Source: Camelus dromedarius (taxonomy: Eukaryota). From it: a stretch of 64,000 nucleotides of DNA. The translations under genes and the position numbers were made by a program. Shown piece after piece: positions 1 through 13,372 of this stretch. The stretch's first letter is position 1. The number at the start of each line of letters is the position of its first letter. The DNA lies in the NCBI RefSeq assembly GCF_036321535.1, contig NC_087436.1, positions 1-64,000 on the forward strand. Direction: 5' to 3'. The notes below the pieces were generated by a model that worked only from the letters and a program-made list of their open reading frames with translations, was not told the DNA's origin and searched no databases.

Positions 1-2841
1 GTTTGAAAATATTCGTGAAAAAACAGTTTCAAAAAGCAACACTTGAATTTGCCATCATTGACAACTACTTACATAGCATTCATGTTGTATTAGATACAGT
101 GAGTAATCCAGAGATGATTTGAAGATATAGATAAAGTACATGGGAGGGTGCACATAAGTTCCATGCAAGTCCTATGCCATTTTATACAAGAGGCGTCAAC
201 ATCCATGGATGTTGACTTCAGGGGGGAGTCCTGGAACCAGTGCCCCATGGTTACCAAGGGATGACTAGAAGTCCAGGCTCCTTATCCCAGCCTGTCAGGT
301 CCCCATGTGGTCTGAAACCTACCTGTACCACACTTCCCTTGTCACTCTCCTCCAGCCCTGGCAGACTGTCCTTTGATTTTTGAACAGGCCACACTCACTG
401 TGCTTCATATCTGGCCCCTAGAAATACCCGTTACTTTCTGAGCATGGCTCTGCTTTCACAAAAAGGGCTGCATTGTCACTAGAGAAGACACTGTGGAATT
501 TCCTTTAAAAACTGAAAATAGACTTAACTCATGATCCAGCCTTCCCACTCCCGGGCATATGTCAGAAGAAAACTCTAATTCAAAAAGTCACATGCACCTC
601 AATGCTCAGAGCAGCACTATTTATAATAGCCAGGACATGGCAAAAACGCAAATGTCCGTCGACAGCTGACTAGATAAAGATGTAGTAGTATATTTATACA
701 AAGGAATACTACTCAACCATTAAGAAGAACAAAATAATGTCATTTGCAGCAACATAGATGGATGTAGAGATAGTCATTCTAAGTGAAGTAAGCCAGAAAA
801 AGAGAAGAATGCCATATAATATCACTTATATGTGGAATCTAAAAAAAGACACAAGTGAACTTAACTACAAAAGTGAAACAGACCCACAGACATAGAGAAA
901 CAAACTTACGGTTACCAGGGAGAGAAGGGGATGGGAAGGGATAAATATGGTAATTGGAAAAGTGTCCCTCTTGGAGAGTTATGGAAATGTTAGCTATCTT
1001 GATTGCGATGATGTTTTTCTGGGTGTAGACATCTATCAAATTCATCAAATAGTACATGTGAAATATGTGTAATTTACTATACAGGAATCGTACCACAATA
1101 AATATGCCTGTAAAAAAAAAAAAACAAGAAAATATTGGCGGCATTGTGTCCTACGTTTTTATGTGTCTTTAGTGAGTGGGTCTTCAATTTTCCGGTCTGC
1201 CATATTTTCTGAACCAGAAGTGCCCTCCTTCCCTTTTCTTTGATAAACTGTCAGTGGGTGGCATTTATTCCCGTGGCTTCAACTGCTCTCTGTCCACTGA
1301 TTAACTGTCAAATCTTTTCCAGCAAGGACATTTCATTTCAGTCCCAGAAATATACTTATAATTGACAAGTAGACATGCCATTGTTTGAAGAAGTAAACCT
1401 AGTTCTGAGCGAGTGTAAATTCAAACACACAGAGCTGGAGATTTTTATGGGCTAAACAAGTGGGAATGTCTACTTGTCAATTATAAGTATATTTCTGGGA
1501 CTGAAATGAAATGTCCTTGCTGGAAAAGATTTGACAGTTAATCAGTGGACAGAGAGCAGTTGAAGCCACGGGAATAAATGCCACCCACTGACAGTTTATC
1601 AAAGAAAAGGGAAGGAGGGCACTTCTGGTTCAGAAAATATGGCAGACCGGAAAATTGAAGACCCACTCACTAAAGACACATAAAAACGTAGGACACAATG
1701 CCGCCAATATTTTCTTGTTTTTTTTTTTTTACAGGCATATTTATTGTGGTACGATTCCTGTATAGTAAATTACACATATTTCACATGTACTATTTGATGA
1801 ATTTGATAGATGTCTACACCCAGAAAAACATCATCGCAATCAAGATAGCTAACATTTCCATAACTCTCCAAGAGGGACACTTTTCCAATTACCATATTTA
1901 TCCCTTCCCATCCCCTTCTCTCCCTGGTAACCGTAAGTTTGTTTCTCTATGTCTGTGGGTCTGTTTCACTTTTGTAGTTAAGTTCACTTGTGTCTTTTTT
2001 TAGATTCCACATATAAGTGATATTATATGGCATTCTTCTCTTTTTCTGGCTTACTTCACTTAGAATGACTATCTCTACATCCATCTATGTTGCTGCAAAT
2101 GACATTATTTTGTTCTTCTTAATGGTTGAGTAGTATTCCTTTGTATAAATATACTACTACATCTTTATCTAGTCAGCTGTCGACGGACATTTGCGTTTTT
2201 GCCATGTCCTGGCTATTATAAATAGTGCTGCTCTGAGCATTGAGGTGCATGTGACTTTTTGAATTAGAGTTTTCTTCTGACATATGCCCGGGAGTGGGAA
2301 GGCTGGATCATGAGTTAAGTCTATTTTCAGTTTTTAAAGGAAATTCCACAGTGTCTTCTCTAGTGACAATGCAGCCCTTTTTGTGAAAGCAGAGCCATGC
2401 TCAGAAAGTAACGGGTATTTCTAGGGGCCAGATATGAAGCACAGTGAGTGTGGCCTGTTCAAAAATCAAAGGACAGTCTGCCAGGGCTGGAGGAGAGTGA
2501 CAAGGGAAGTGTGGTACAGGTAGGTTTCAGACCACATGGGGACCTGACAGGCTGGGATAAGGAGCCTGGACTTCTAGTCATCCCTTGGTAACCATGGGGC
2601 ACTGGTTCCAGGACTCCCCCCTGAAGTCAACATCCATGGATGTTGACGCCTCTTGTATAAAATGGCATAGGACTTGCATGGAACTTATGTGCACCCTCCC
2701 ATGTACTTTATCTATATCTTCAAATCATCTCTGGATTACTCACTGTATCTAATACAACATGAATGCTATGTAAGTAGTTGTCAATGATGGCAAATTCAAG
2801 TGTTGCTTTTTGAAACTGTTTTTTCACGAATATTTTCAAAC
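1..2841. repeat. Long inverted repeat (palindrome): arms 1-1376 and 1466-2841, 89-bp spacer 1377-1465; left arm runs to the window edge
   Basis: Position i pairs with 2842-i. Identical mirror ORFs at 839..1144(-) and 1698..2003(+). The A13 tract at 1112-1124 is mirrored by T13. No mismatch in spot checks. Confidence 0.97.
489..960 (+). mobile_element. LINE-1 3' end fragment (ORF2 end/3'UTR); mirror copy ~1882-2353 (-)
   Basis: Typical L1 3' motifs: atccagccttcccactcccgggcatat, gcagcactatttataatagccagg, catttgcagcaacatagatggat, atcacttatatgtggaatct. Confidence 0.85.
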
Positions 2842-2892
2842 CACAGTTAGTTGAATCTGCTGGATAGGGAGCCCCTAGATACGGAGAACCCC
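2576..2892 (+). mobile_element. MER2-like Tigger (TcMar) non-autonomous DNA transposon; truncated mirror copy at 1-267
   Basis: agtcatcccttggtaaccatggggcactggttccaggac...aaatcatctctggattact...gaatattttcaaaccacagttagttgaatc resembles the recalled MER2 consensus. Confidence 0.8.
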
Positions 2893-4022
2893 CAAGCTCT
2901 TCCTTTCCACCTCCTAAATTTCCACTACAAGCACTGAAGGGGTCCAAACATAGAAGAGCGCCATGTACCTGCTGGAAACCCTGAGGAATTCCTTCAGCTT
3001 ATGTAGCACAGGAGAGAAAGTATAGGGACATCTAGTGGGAAAGGACGGCCTGCCTGGAGAGGAAGGAGGAAAGACCGCAGTGGAAGCCAGCTCGCACCCT
3101 ACTGGAGCTAGCTGATAGCAGTGAGGGACGCCGAGGAACTGGGGACACGTCACGTGGGGGGCGATCCTGGCCGCCAGATGCAGGGTTCGCATAGCTGGGG
3201 CCCAGTTTGCAAGATCAAAATAACAAGGGGGGAGAGGGGCTGCCTCAGTCCCGGGATCCTGACAACGGCCACAGCGCCGTGACCCCAGCTATTGCGGCTC
3301 CCCTAGTAAGCCAGAAAAAGGAAACTCTGAGCCAAGATATTGCAGATTCCACCGCAGCCACACGGATAACTAGATCTCTAAGCTGACAAAATGTAACCAC
3401 CAGAAACAGGAATCTTTCCTTTTCTCTTCATTTGGACCTTTGGACAGGGAGCCACACATCTCTGACGGGAACCACCTTTAATCCGATAGAGAGCTCACTT
3501 TTTCAGGAATAAGCATGGAGCAAAAGAGTGGGGTGATGGTTTAAAGTGGAAGTCAAAGCGGAAGCCCGTCTGAGAAATGGTAAAAACATGCATCTCAGTG
3601 AATCCGAGTTATGGCGAAAAGAAGGGGGAAGGTTAAGTAAATCTCTATCCACCAGAAAAGACTAGCCAGTCATAAAAAGACAGCAATTTAAATCAAGAAA
3701 ACTTTTTTGTTTTTTTGGTGATGAAAAACAATGCCATATTTTAAAACAAGGCTTGGGCCATCAACAACACCCTGAGAGTTGTTGAGGAGGAGAACATAAA
3801 GCTTCATATAGACATGAAAGTGTTCCAAGTCCACTTCTCAAAAAAACTTAGCCAATCATGTGTCCAGTTGATTTGAAAATCCCGATAAGTAAATAACTCA
3901 AAAGTGGGAAAGACATGGTATTAAATAGTGGTAGTGAGCAATGAAATCCAGGAAGTTTATAGCTATATTTCATTGTTAATATAACAAACTGGAAGCAACT
4001 GTCTAAACATAGTAACTGGAGG

Positions 4023-4070
<48 letters not shown>

Positions 4071-4089
4071 GCGCGCGCGCACACACACA
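4023..4089. repeat. (CA)n(CG)n(CA)n compound microsatellite
   Basis: Directly visible alternating purine-pyrimidine tract. Confidence 0.95.
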
Positions 4090-5094
4090 ATCTGGAAGAG
4101 CAGAGAGGTAAAATATGCTAAATTTATCATTATTGAGGAACAGGATCTAATAGGTTATTTCAGTTTTGATAGTGTTATAGGAATACTGGTCCAATTACAT
4201 ATAAAGTTATGAACTTAGAGATGATTTATAAAAATTTAGAGAGAATTTTCATTAAAAGGCAATATAGCTTCCAAATCATTGAAGAGAAAATTAACAATAA
4301 AAAAATTAATCAATCCAGCTAATATGGAGTAACAGAGACCATATTTACCACCCTAAAATAAACCACAAAATGGATACAATATATGAAGCAATGATTTTTA
4401 AGAGAGGTGAAAACGATCATCCACTAGGACCCTGTCCTGCCACCACTATACCGAGGCTGCTAGGCCTCCTACTGCCATCACCAATAATGTCCACCAAGAG
4501 GTGACATTTCCTTCCTCTGCTCCTACTGCAGAGCCAGTCCTGAGCAGTCCTTTTGCAGGTTTTGGCAGGCAGCTCCCAGAAGTGCTCTCGTGGACCTTGG
4601 TCCCTTTTGGCCACCAGCAAAGGGATCAAGGATGAGCAGTGAGCCTCTTTACTCATCCAAGACCTAGGAACCTATCTAATTTCTGAGCAGGGCTTCACTC
4701 TTCTCTGCTGTCTGGTACTCTCTGCCCGGCTTCCCGTGTCCCGTTTGGGCAGCCTGCACGCTGGCCACAGCCCATCAGAATCTGTTCCCCCGCCAAGAGG
4801 CAACGCGTGATCTTGAGTAGGGCTCCAGGCCTCTGGAGCAGCGTGGCTTGGACTGCGTCCTGGCCCTGGGTGCGCGAGCTCCATGTCCTTGGTTGAGTCA
4901 GTTAACATCTCTAAGCTAAGTTTCTTCATCAGTAAAATGAAGACATATCAATATGGAAAAATAAAGTCAGAATCGGGGGGGAATAAATTTCTAGTGACTG
5001 AAGATTTTTTTAATTTTGAATTATACAGCAAAAGACATCATACAAATTTTACTACTTCATAATTCTAAAGGACAGCTTCTACTGTTAATACTAA

Positions 5095-5316
5095 TGCATG
5101 CACATACACACAAACACACGTGCAGATGCACTGACTCTGGCCCACATACATTCCCTACACACAGACGTACATGGACTCATGTACCACACACACACATAGC
5201 ATACACACAACCACACACATCCCCAGGCGCGTGCGCGCACAGCCACACACACACTCACAGTCATGTACCACACAATTCCCCAGGTGCGTGCGTGCGCACA
5301 CACACGTCATACACAC
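5095..5316. repeat. Degenerate CA-rich minisatellite with internal duplication
   Basis: tcatgtaccacaca and ccccagg(c/t)gcgtgcg each occur twice. Confidence 0.8.
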
Positions 5317-8300
5317 CTTTGGCGTTATTCTAAATCAATTTACAATTGAGGGTCTCAGTGTCCATTGTTTTATCCGCTCAGAAGATCCTGACTTCGGACT
5401 GTGAAGCAGGAGCCCCTCCTCTCTGGAGATGGTCTTTGCCACTTACAGTCTCAGTAGAGCCAACATAAATGCTCTGGACCCTTGGAAGTGCAGGGCCAGA
5501 GCATACCTGGGAGCTCACATTCTATATATCTAAACATTTTAAGTGCAGTAGGTTCTAAAGTCCTGCCTTTACAAATATACATTCATTATAAGGGGGAAGG
5601 CCAGGTTCAAAATTAGAACAACCAGACTCAGGGGAGTCCTGCAAAGAAAGTGAGTGTGTGGGGAGAGCTGATTCCCAGACTCTGATCACTAGCCTGACCC
5701 TTTTCTTCCCAATGCTGGGTCCATCCCTTGCCATAAGTGGCCTTGGATGTGCACAGGGGGACACTCAGATTTCACGTCCGGGCTCTGCCTATAACCTCCA
5801 TGCAAACAGCTGCCCTTTGGCCTCTCTGTGAGTCCTGGGAATCTGAACTCCGGGGAGAGCCGGTGCAGGCACTAGAAATGGGTCAGGGGCTGCTGAGGCA
5901 GGGCATTCGGCGTCCTGGGTTTCTAGAGCATGGGATGGAGCCAATGACCATGTCCCCTTGGCCTTGCTGACTCCACCCGATGGAGGGCGTGGCCAGAGGA
6001 AGTGTCAGGGCCAGGGGAACCTTCTGCAGTGCAGGACCCAGGGCAGCGGGGGGCCCGGGTCTAAGGAGAGAAGCCCTAAGGAAAAGTCTGTGGAGGCTGT
6101 AAGGTACCTTCATTCCCATTAATTAAATAAAACAAAAGCTTACCACAGGCGTGCGGGGGAAGGGTTTTGTTATAACAAGGGAAGGCACTTGCCAAGGTCT
6201 GGCCATAGAGGGCTGCTGGGTTTGCCAGGTTGAAGAGGAACCGAGAGGCCGTTTGCCTCCCCTGGGTCTAGACACTGCTTGAATTCTTCCAGGTGACACT
6301 TAAATGCAGTGAGACATGGAACTCTCTAAAGTTGTTAAAATATTCATGGTGAGCCATTCAACTCTCTCCTCATTCTTGGCTACGAAAGCACGATAAACAC
6401 AGGTGGGAATCTCATCAGCCTGTTGGTTGGTTCACTGTCCATCTGGCGCCCCCTCTTGTAGGAGCCTTTATCACATCACCCAGGGCTGACCCATCTCAGG
6501 ATCACAGCTGATTTTCCACAGGTGGCACCACTTGCTGGTGACATGAAGGAACCATGTTAGCCACCTCCCAAACTCTGAGGCTTCTCCTGGGAGGAGCCTG
6601 CAGACACCCAGTCCAGCCTCTGCACAATGATGCTCCCCAGTGTCACTCCCGGCTTGCTGCCCTGGCCTCTAGCTCTGGCCAGAACCTCGCTGAATTGTCG
6701 ATAGATGTCCCCCATGCACCACGTCTAAGCTTGGGGTCCAGAGGTGACCATGGTTCTTATTTTCTTCCCATCGATGGACTGTTTGATCTTCATGTAATCG
6801 TGTTGGCAGGAAGGCCAGTACCACCCTCTTGAGGCCTCCCCGAGCCGCCTCTGTCTATAACTGTCCTAGCACCCCAGGGGATCAGGTCTGAAGCCTGGCA
6901 CTCAGACACGAGGATGACAGCTGGAGAGACAGGAATCCACTCCTGCTGTGGCTTCTGCTGAGGCTCGATGTGGCCATACAAATGGATCCCACAGGCCCTG
7001 ACTTCACTTGACTCGCTGCAGGGATGCTCCCACACTGCCCCGTTCCCCCCCAGAGACAGAGGGCTTTCTGCTTGTTCCCGAAGGCCCCACCCCCGAGGGG
7101 GCACTGGGTCCAGTGGAGCGTCCAGCCTGGTTCCCCGCCAGCCCTTAGGGCTTTGGTGGGGCCTGGAACATCAACTACCCTCCCCTTAGGGGCCCGTTTG
7201 TCCTTTCCAGCCAACAGACCTAGGTCATAAGCACTTTAACTCACCTGAGGGTGTTTTCCTCACTTCAGGGGCAGTGAGGACGGGGCTTCTTCACACTCCA
7301 AGTGCCCCAGGTCTGGATGCAGACAGTCTGGCTCTCCCCCAAGTCCTGCAGTTCTGGGCCACACCTGCTGCTGGTCACAGTCTGTGCTGTGTTCTCTTCC
7401 AGGACAAGGGGTGCACTCTGACCCCCGCCCCGCCCCCACCAGCGGTGGCAGAGGCGGCGGACAGGCAGGTGAGCTGGGGCCTGAGACCGTGCCCGCAGGT
7501 CAGTGCCCCAGAGGCCGCTGGTGACTAGAGGGGCCACGGGGCAGAAGGCAGCATGGGATGGGAGGAGGAGGAAGGTTCAGGATAAGGAGATGAAAGGGGG
7601 AACGGACAGCACTGTGAGGGCCTCGGCCATGAAAGGGAAGAGAAATCACAGTGACAGCTGGAGCGGTGTCGGCGTTAAAAGCTGCGGGCTGTTTTTTTTA
7701 ATTTTATTAATTACCAATATATATTGACAGATTTCTTATTTTATTAAAGATTATGTTCCATGTCATATAACAGGATAGAGTATGTTATTATTTATTAAAT
7801 AATACATAATAGAAGATATACTAGCATATTATCTTCTGTTTATTTATTAGCAGATAGTATATAATACATATGTAGGTGTTTATACACATAATATATAATT
7901 CATGCATCTATATAATATATAACCCATAACAAATAATGTAAGATTATGATTAATATATAATATAACAAGATTACATAACAATAATGATGTAATATTACCC
8001 ATTGTATGTCTTGGTTCATGACACATTCTCATCTTAGGTGCCTGTCAGAGGTATTTATGTATTAAAATTAATATTATAAGACACAGTTATGAACCTATCA
8101 CCCAGCATCATAACAGGAATATTGACAGTGACATACTGTGTCCTCTTTCCCTATCCTGCTCTTGGCCTTTTCTCACAGGAAGTAACCAGCATCCTGAATC
8201 CTGGCTTACCCTTGCCTTGTGTTACTTTCACACACACAACATTTAAGATCAGTTAAAACAAATGAACTGCAGGTACATGCAATGAAGTGGATGAATCACA

Positions 8301-8429
8301 CACTCCATGTTAAATTGAAAAAGTAACCCCTAGAAGGTAGCCGATAGTGTGCTATGCTTTTAACTGTGTATATATATGTCAACTAAACTCACTGAATTAA
8401 GAACAACTACAGCTAGAGTCCAGGTGGGA

Positions 8430-9480
8430 GAGGGACAGATAAAAGGTGAGGTGAGCAGGTTTGCTGCAGGTGAGCCAGTTCCTTTCCAGTGACATGTCAT
8501 TCTCTCTGAAGCAGGAGGCAAGGCCATCTGCTGGGAGTCAGGGAAGAGACAGAGGGAAGGTTAGAGGTGTGCAGAGAGCAGAGAATGTTGACACCACTGA
8601 GTGATAAGTGGGGAAATGTGCTCACTAGAGAAATCCTGGAGGATTGCCTGGCAGCGGCAACATGGTGGGCATTGATTTGTAGTCTTGGAAATCTGTGCTG
8701 GGAGAGCCTGCTGCCTGCAGGCTCAGAACAAGTAGAGCTGGGTGAACCGAGATGGAAGTCGGCCTGGTGAGGAACTGAAAAGGTCAAGGCTCAAGGGGGT
8801 TTTGTCTGTCATAAAGAGAGTGCTGACTGTGGATGCAGAGCTGGAAGGTGGGGAAGTGGAAGTAAGAGGAACGTGGACAGGCAGGAAAGCAGAGGAGTCA
8901 GCGCATGATGCCCCAGTGAGGGTGAAGGAGGGCCAGGGAGGCTGGTGGAGAAGAAGCTGGACGGCTAGAGGTGGGCACTTAAAGGAGAGAGGCTGGACCT
9001 TGGGTGGAGACACGCCCGGGTATGAGCCCGGGGGTAGGGTGAATGGGGGGTGGCTGGCTCAGGCTGACAGAGAAGAAGACCCTACTATGACCATACTGGG
9101 TGGTGGAAGGAGAATGAACTTTGACGTCTTGATGGTAGGAGGCGAGGCAATACAGAGCTGGTGGTCCAGGTGCTCCTGACTGAGGCAGATGAGCAGGGAG
9201 GCCAGGGTGGCAGGCACTGCTAGGAAAGGATCTGGGTTTTCCATGTGCTCCCACGAGGGGAGGAGCAATCATCTGAAGGTGGAAAGTGAGCACAAGGAGG
9301 CCAACCCAGGCTCCTGATCAAACGGGGGTTGTGAAGGTGCAAAGCGTCAACTCCAGTGATGGTGGCCCAGGAAGCAGGGACCACGGGTGAAGTGAGGGGG
9401 CACTCAGAGAAGAGAGGGAGAAGAGTCTTCTGGGTGTAGGGGGAAGAGAGGCCCCAGGACAAAGGAGCACAGAGGCACAG
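8430..9480 (-). mobile_element. Ancient LINE-2 fragment
   Basis: Purine-rich plus strand with gcaggaggcaaggccatctgctg and gagaatgttgac...aggattgcctggcagc, typical of antisense L2 ORF2. Confidence 0.55.
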
Positions 9481-11280
9481 TGATGAGGATGGACTGGCTC
9501 TATGGTGACACTGCAGGGATGGCTGGATCTTTGTCCTGAGGGCTTAGGTTGGGGGGACTACTGGCCTCATGAGGATCCCCCTCTCAGCAGCCTGGACAGA
9601 GGCTCTCGCTCCTGAGAGCTGTGTGGCCACCACTGTTCCCGGAGGGGCTCTGCCTCCATCTTCTCTTATCAGACTTTCCTGCCCAGCCCCCGACCGCCAG
9701 CGAGGGAGCCTGGGCCTCGCAGCTGTTTGCCGTGGAGGGACACAGGCTCCTCGGAGGAGCAGGCGGATCTTACTTTGCTCCGTAACCCAGGGCCTAGCAA
9801 AGCGCCAGCCCATGTGTGGGCCATGTAGGGGCTCGGATACTTACTATACTAACTCAAAGCAGTAGAATTGCAGAGCTGGAGGAAGTGACCACTGAGCTCA
9901 CAGAGTTCACTGCCCACACCCCCATTCTACAGATGAGGAATCAGAGACCAAGCAGTGAAGCAGCCTTGGCCAAGGTCACGCTGCTCGTAAATGCTGGCCT
10001 GTGTCGGGCATGCCAAGTGATGAGCTGCAGTGAAGGGGCTGAGAGGGGTCTCTGGTTCCAGAGAGCTCGGATTCAAGTCCCAGCTCTGCCATTTATTAGC
10101 CGTGTGACTAATGAATGTCCTTACCTTTAAAGTGGAACTCATAGTGGTGCCAACTCATTGGGTTGTCATGAACACAGCGTTCCTGGAACAGCAGGACAGA
10201 GTTCTGTAAGGGTTTGCTGTTGCTTTGGTTATGATTATTATCACCAAGTGAACCCTGAAATGAAGAACAAAGGCAGCAAGAATTTTTATTTTAAAGGAGT
10301 TTCAAATCCTCTGATGAATGCTTCATTTCATCTATTCAAGTTTTCATTTGACCCTTATTAACAACTACACAATGGATGACTTTTGAGGCAATCTTGCTTC
10401 ATGTCTTTAATTCTCACTAACGACACAGGCTATTTAACAGGCAGCAGTTTCTTTTCCAGGAAGAGGGACAAAAAGTTAAAAATGACTCAGTGCCTCTCGG
10501 TCCCCAGTGAGTTGGTTGTGACCTGTCAACCCAGCTTTGGGGAAGTGCCTGCTCCCCCTGGGCCCACTGAGCTGCCCCGCAGCCTCCAAGGGGTGCCGTA
10601 CCCCCACACGAATCCAGTCTCTTGGTTCCTATCTTTGCTTCAGATCCCTCAAGGACTGCCCATGCCCCAGGGCCCCATCTGCCCCACCAGCCTTGGCTGC
10701 TGGACTCCAGGACACCATCCTGGGTCTCAACCATCCCCTGTTCCTATGACCGCCCCACTACTCTACATTTTGTCCTTCAAGTGTGGGCTTCTGTGGCTCG
10801 CCACACAGCAGGGGTCTCCCCGTCCTCCACCTTGGGTAACTGCATCGTCCTGCACGGTGCCTAGGGAACCCGTGTGGAGGCAGGAAGAATACAGAACAAC
10901 AGGTGCTCAGAGGGGCTGCCTTTCCCACTGCAGGGGCCCTAGAGAGCTTTCTCCCAGCTGGTTATTCACAGGCGCTGAAGCTGTGGAATCTCGATCTCAC
11001 CAATTTAAAGGGCATCATCACTAATTACAAAAGCAATCATTTCTTCAGTAGCAAAAGGAGAAAAGACTTTGTGTTCCCCACCTCCAACTGTTTTCCTCCA
11101 CCTTCAGATGTTTCTCATCTCTGGGCAAGGGTAGAATGCAACTCACAGAATATTATTTTTCAATGTCTTTTCCCACTCTGAAGATTGCTTTCCCAGAACC
11201 GATGAAGGCTAGAATGGTTTAGCTTCCCTGGACTGAGGATTCAGAGGCCTGGGGGGAAGGGGGGAGGGGGAGGTGAGATA

Positions 11281-12905
11281 ACTCAGCAATATTGAACCTA
11301 ACAGAGACATTAAAAAGTTCTATTCTAAACAGAAAGGAAGCAGGATGCTATAGAAACAGGAAAACCATAGTTGGAAATGCAATAACGAGTTGCAAGAGAA
11401 TAAACATAAAGATGTAAAAATGAAAAAGGACATCAAAATAAAAAGAGTTGGGAATGGGAGAGGGGAGCAAGAAAATGTAGATTTTTTTCTTTCTTTTTTT
11501 TCTTCGTTATTCTTAGGATGTGTTGGAGCCTACGTGATTATCAGTCTAAAGGAAATAGATATAGTAATGGGCTGATATATTTGAAGAATAAGGTAACCAC
11601 AAATCAAAAGCATACATTAGAGTCGCAAAAAAACCAAAAAGAAACAAACTCAAAATGGCTTAAAGACTTAAATATTACACACGACACTATAAACTTCTCA
11701 CAAGAAAACATAGGCAAAACATTATTTGACATACATCTCAGCAATGTTTTCGTAGGGCAATCTAAGTAACCCAAGCAACAGAAATAAAAGCCAAAATAAA
11801 TAAATGAGACCTAATTAAACTTATAAACTTTTGCACAGCAATAGAAACCATAAGTAAAACTAAAAGACAACCTATGGAATGGGAGAAAATATTTGCAAAA
11901 GATGAGACTGACCATGGCTTAATTTCTAGACTATATAAATAGTCCATACAACTTAATAAGAAAAAAATAAACAACCAAATCCAAAAATGGGCAGAACAAC
12001 TAAACAAGCAATTCTCCAATGAAGACACACAGATGGCCAATAGGCATATAAAAAATGCTTAATATCGTTCAATTATCAGAGAAATGCAACTCAAAACTAC
12101 AATGTTATCATCTCACACCAGTCAGAATGGCCATCATTCAAAAGTCCACAAACCATAAATGCCGGAGAGGCTGTGGAGGAAAGGAAACCCTCCTACATTG
12201 TTGGTGGGAATGTAGTTTGTTGCAGCCACTGTGGAAAACAGTATGGAGATTCCTCAAAAGACAAAAAAAAAAAAAAAAAAAAAAAGGCTTATTACCTAAT
12301 CCAGCAATCCCACTCCTGGGCATATAACCAGAGGGAACCTTCATTCCAAAAGATATCTGCACCCCAATTTTCACAGGAGCACTGTTTACAATGGCCAAGA
12401 CATAGAAGCAACCTAAACATTCACTGACAGATGACTGGATAAAGATGCGGTATTTAGATATAACAGTCATAACAAAGAAGGAAATAAGGCCATTTACAGC
12501 AACATGGATGGAACTGGAGATTATCTCACTAAGTGAAATAAGTTAGACAAAGACAAGTATCATATGATATCATTTATATGTGGAATTTTTAAAAAAATGA
12601 TACAAATGGACTTATCTATAAAACAAAAAACAGACTCACAGACTTATAAAACAAACTTAGGAGTTTGGGATTAACAGATACAAATTACTATATGTAAAAC
12701 AGACAAACGACAAGGATTCACTGTAGAACACAGGGAAGAATATTCAGTATCTTGCAACCTATAATGGAAAAGAACCTGAAAAAGAATAGACTATGTATAT
12801 GTACAACTGAATCACTATGCTGCATACCTGAAACTAACAAAACAGCTGTATAACTGAAACTAACAAAACATTGTAAATCAAACACATTTCAATTTAAAAA
12901 AAATT
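11281..12905 (+). mobile_element. Artiodactyl-type LINE-1, internally deleted (ORF1 end/inter-ORF joined to late ORF2, 3'UTR, A-tail)
   Basis: ORF2 remnants NSKWLKDLNI..TINFSQENIGKTLFDI and [53 protein letters not shown]. Confidence 0.9.
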
Positions 12906-13372
12906 GATAAGCTCTAAATACCTTTATTCAAAGAAAATCTTGAACTCTTCCCTCTTACAAAATTTAAAATGGGTAGCTTGAGCAGGACCAAATTATACTG
13001 GATGGGCAGTTACATATCTTCTCCAGCACGTGGCCCATGCTACACACACATCGTGTTTTCCTACAGGTAAGAACAGCCCTGACTGCACAGCGAGCGACTC
13101 TTTCTGGGACAAGGGCCTCTGTGGCAGTGGCCTCCTTGTCACCGCTGCATCTCACCAGGAGGCCAGGGTTTTCAGAGGGGAGGGGACATAGAGCTCATAC
13201 ACTTCAAATTGACTTCCCGAAAAAACTATGGAAAAACCAAATTCACCTGCAGTGTAGGAAACATGAGCAGGGCCCCTAAGCAGACCGACAAGCCCAAAGT
13301 AAGATGGCCCGATGTTCAGATCGGAACCAGAACAAAGACCACCTGGCCCCAGTTAAATGACCACCACCTCAC

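Noticed and set aside
839..2003. Two identical 101-aa ORFs on opposite strands
   Set aside because: Antisense L1 3'UTR sequence mirrored by the palindrome; not a gene.
7700..8000. Very AT-rich stretch
   Set aside because: Low-complexity TA decay next to old L1 fragments; no periodic structure seen.
10383..11024. 213-aa ORF (and the 229-aa ORF at 21191-21880)
   Set aside because: Non-ATG starts, no domain similarity or coding-like character; the second appears to cross old repeat fragments.
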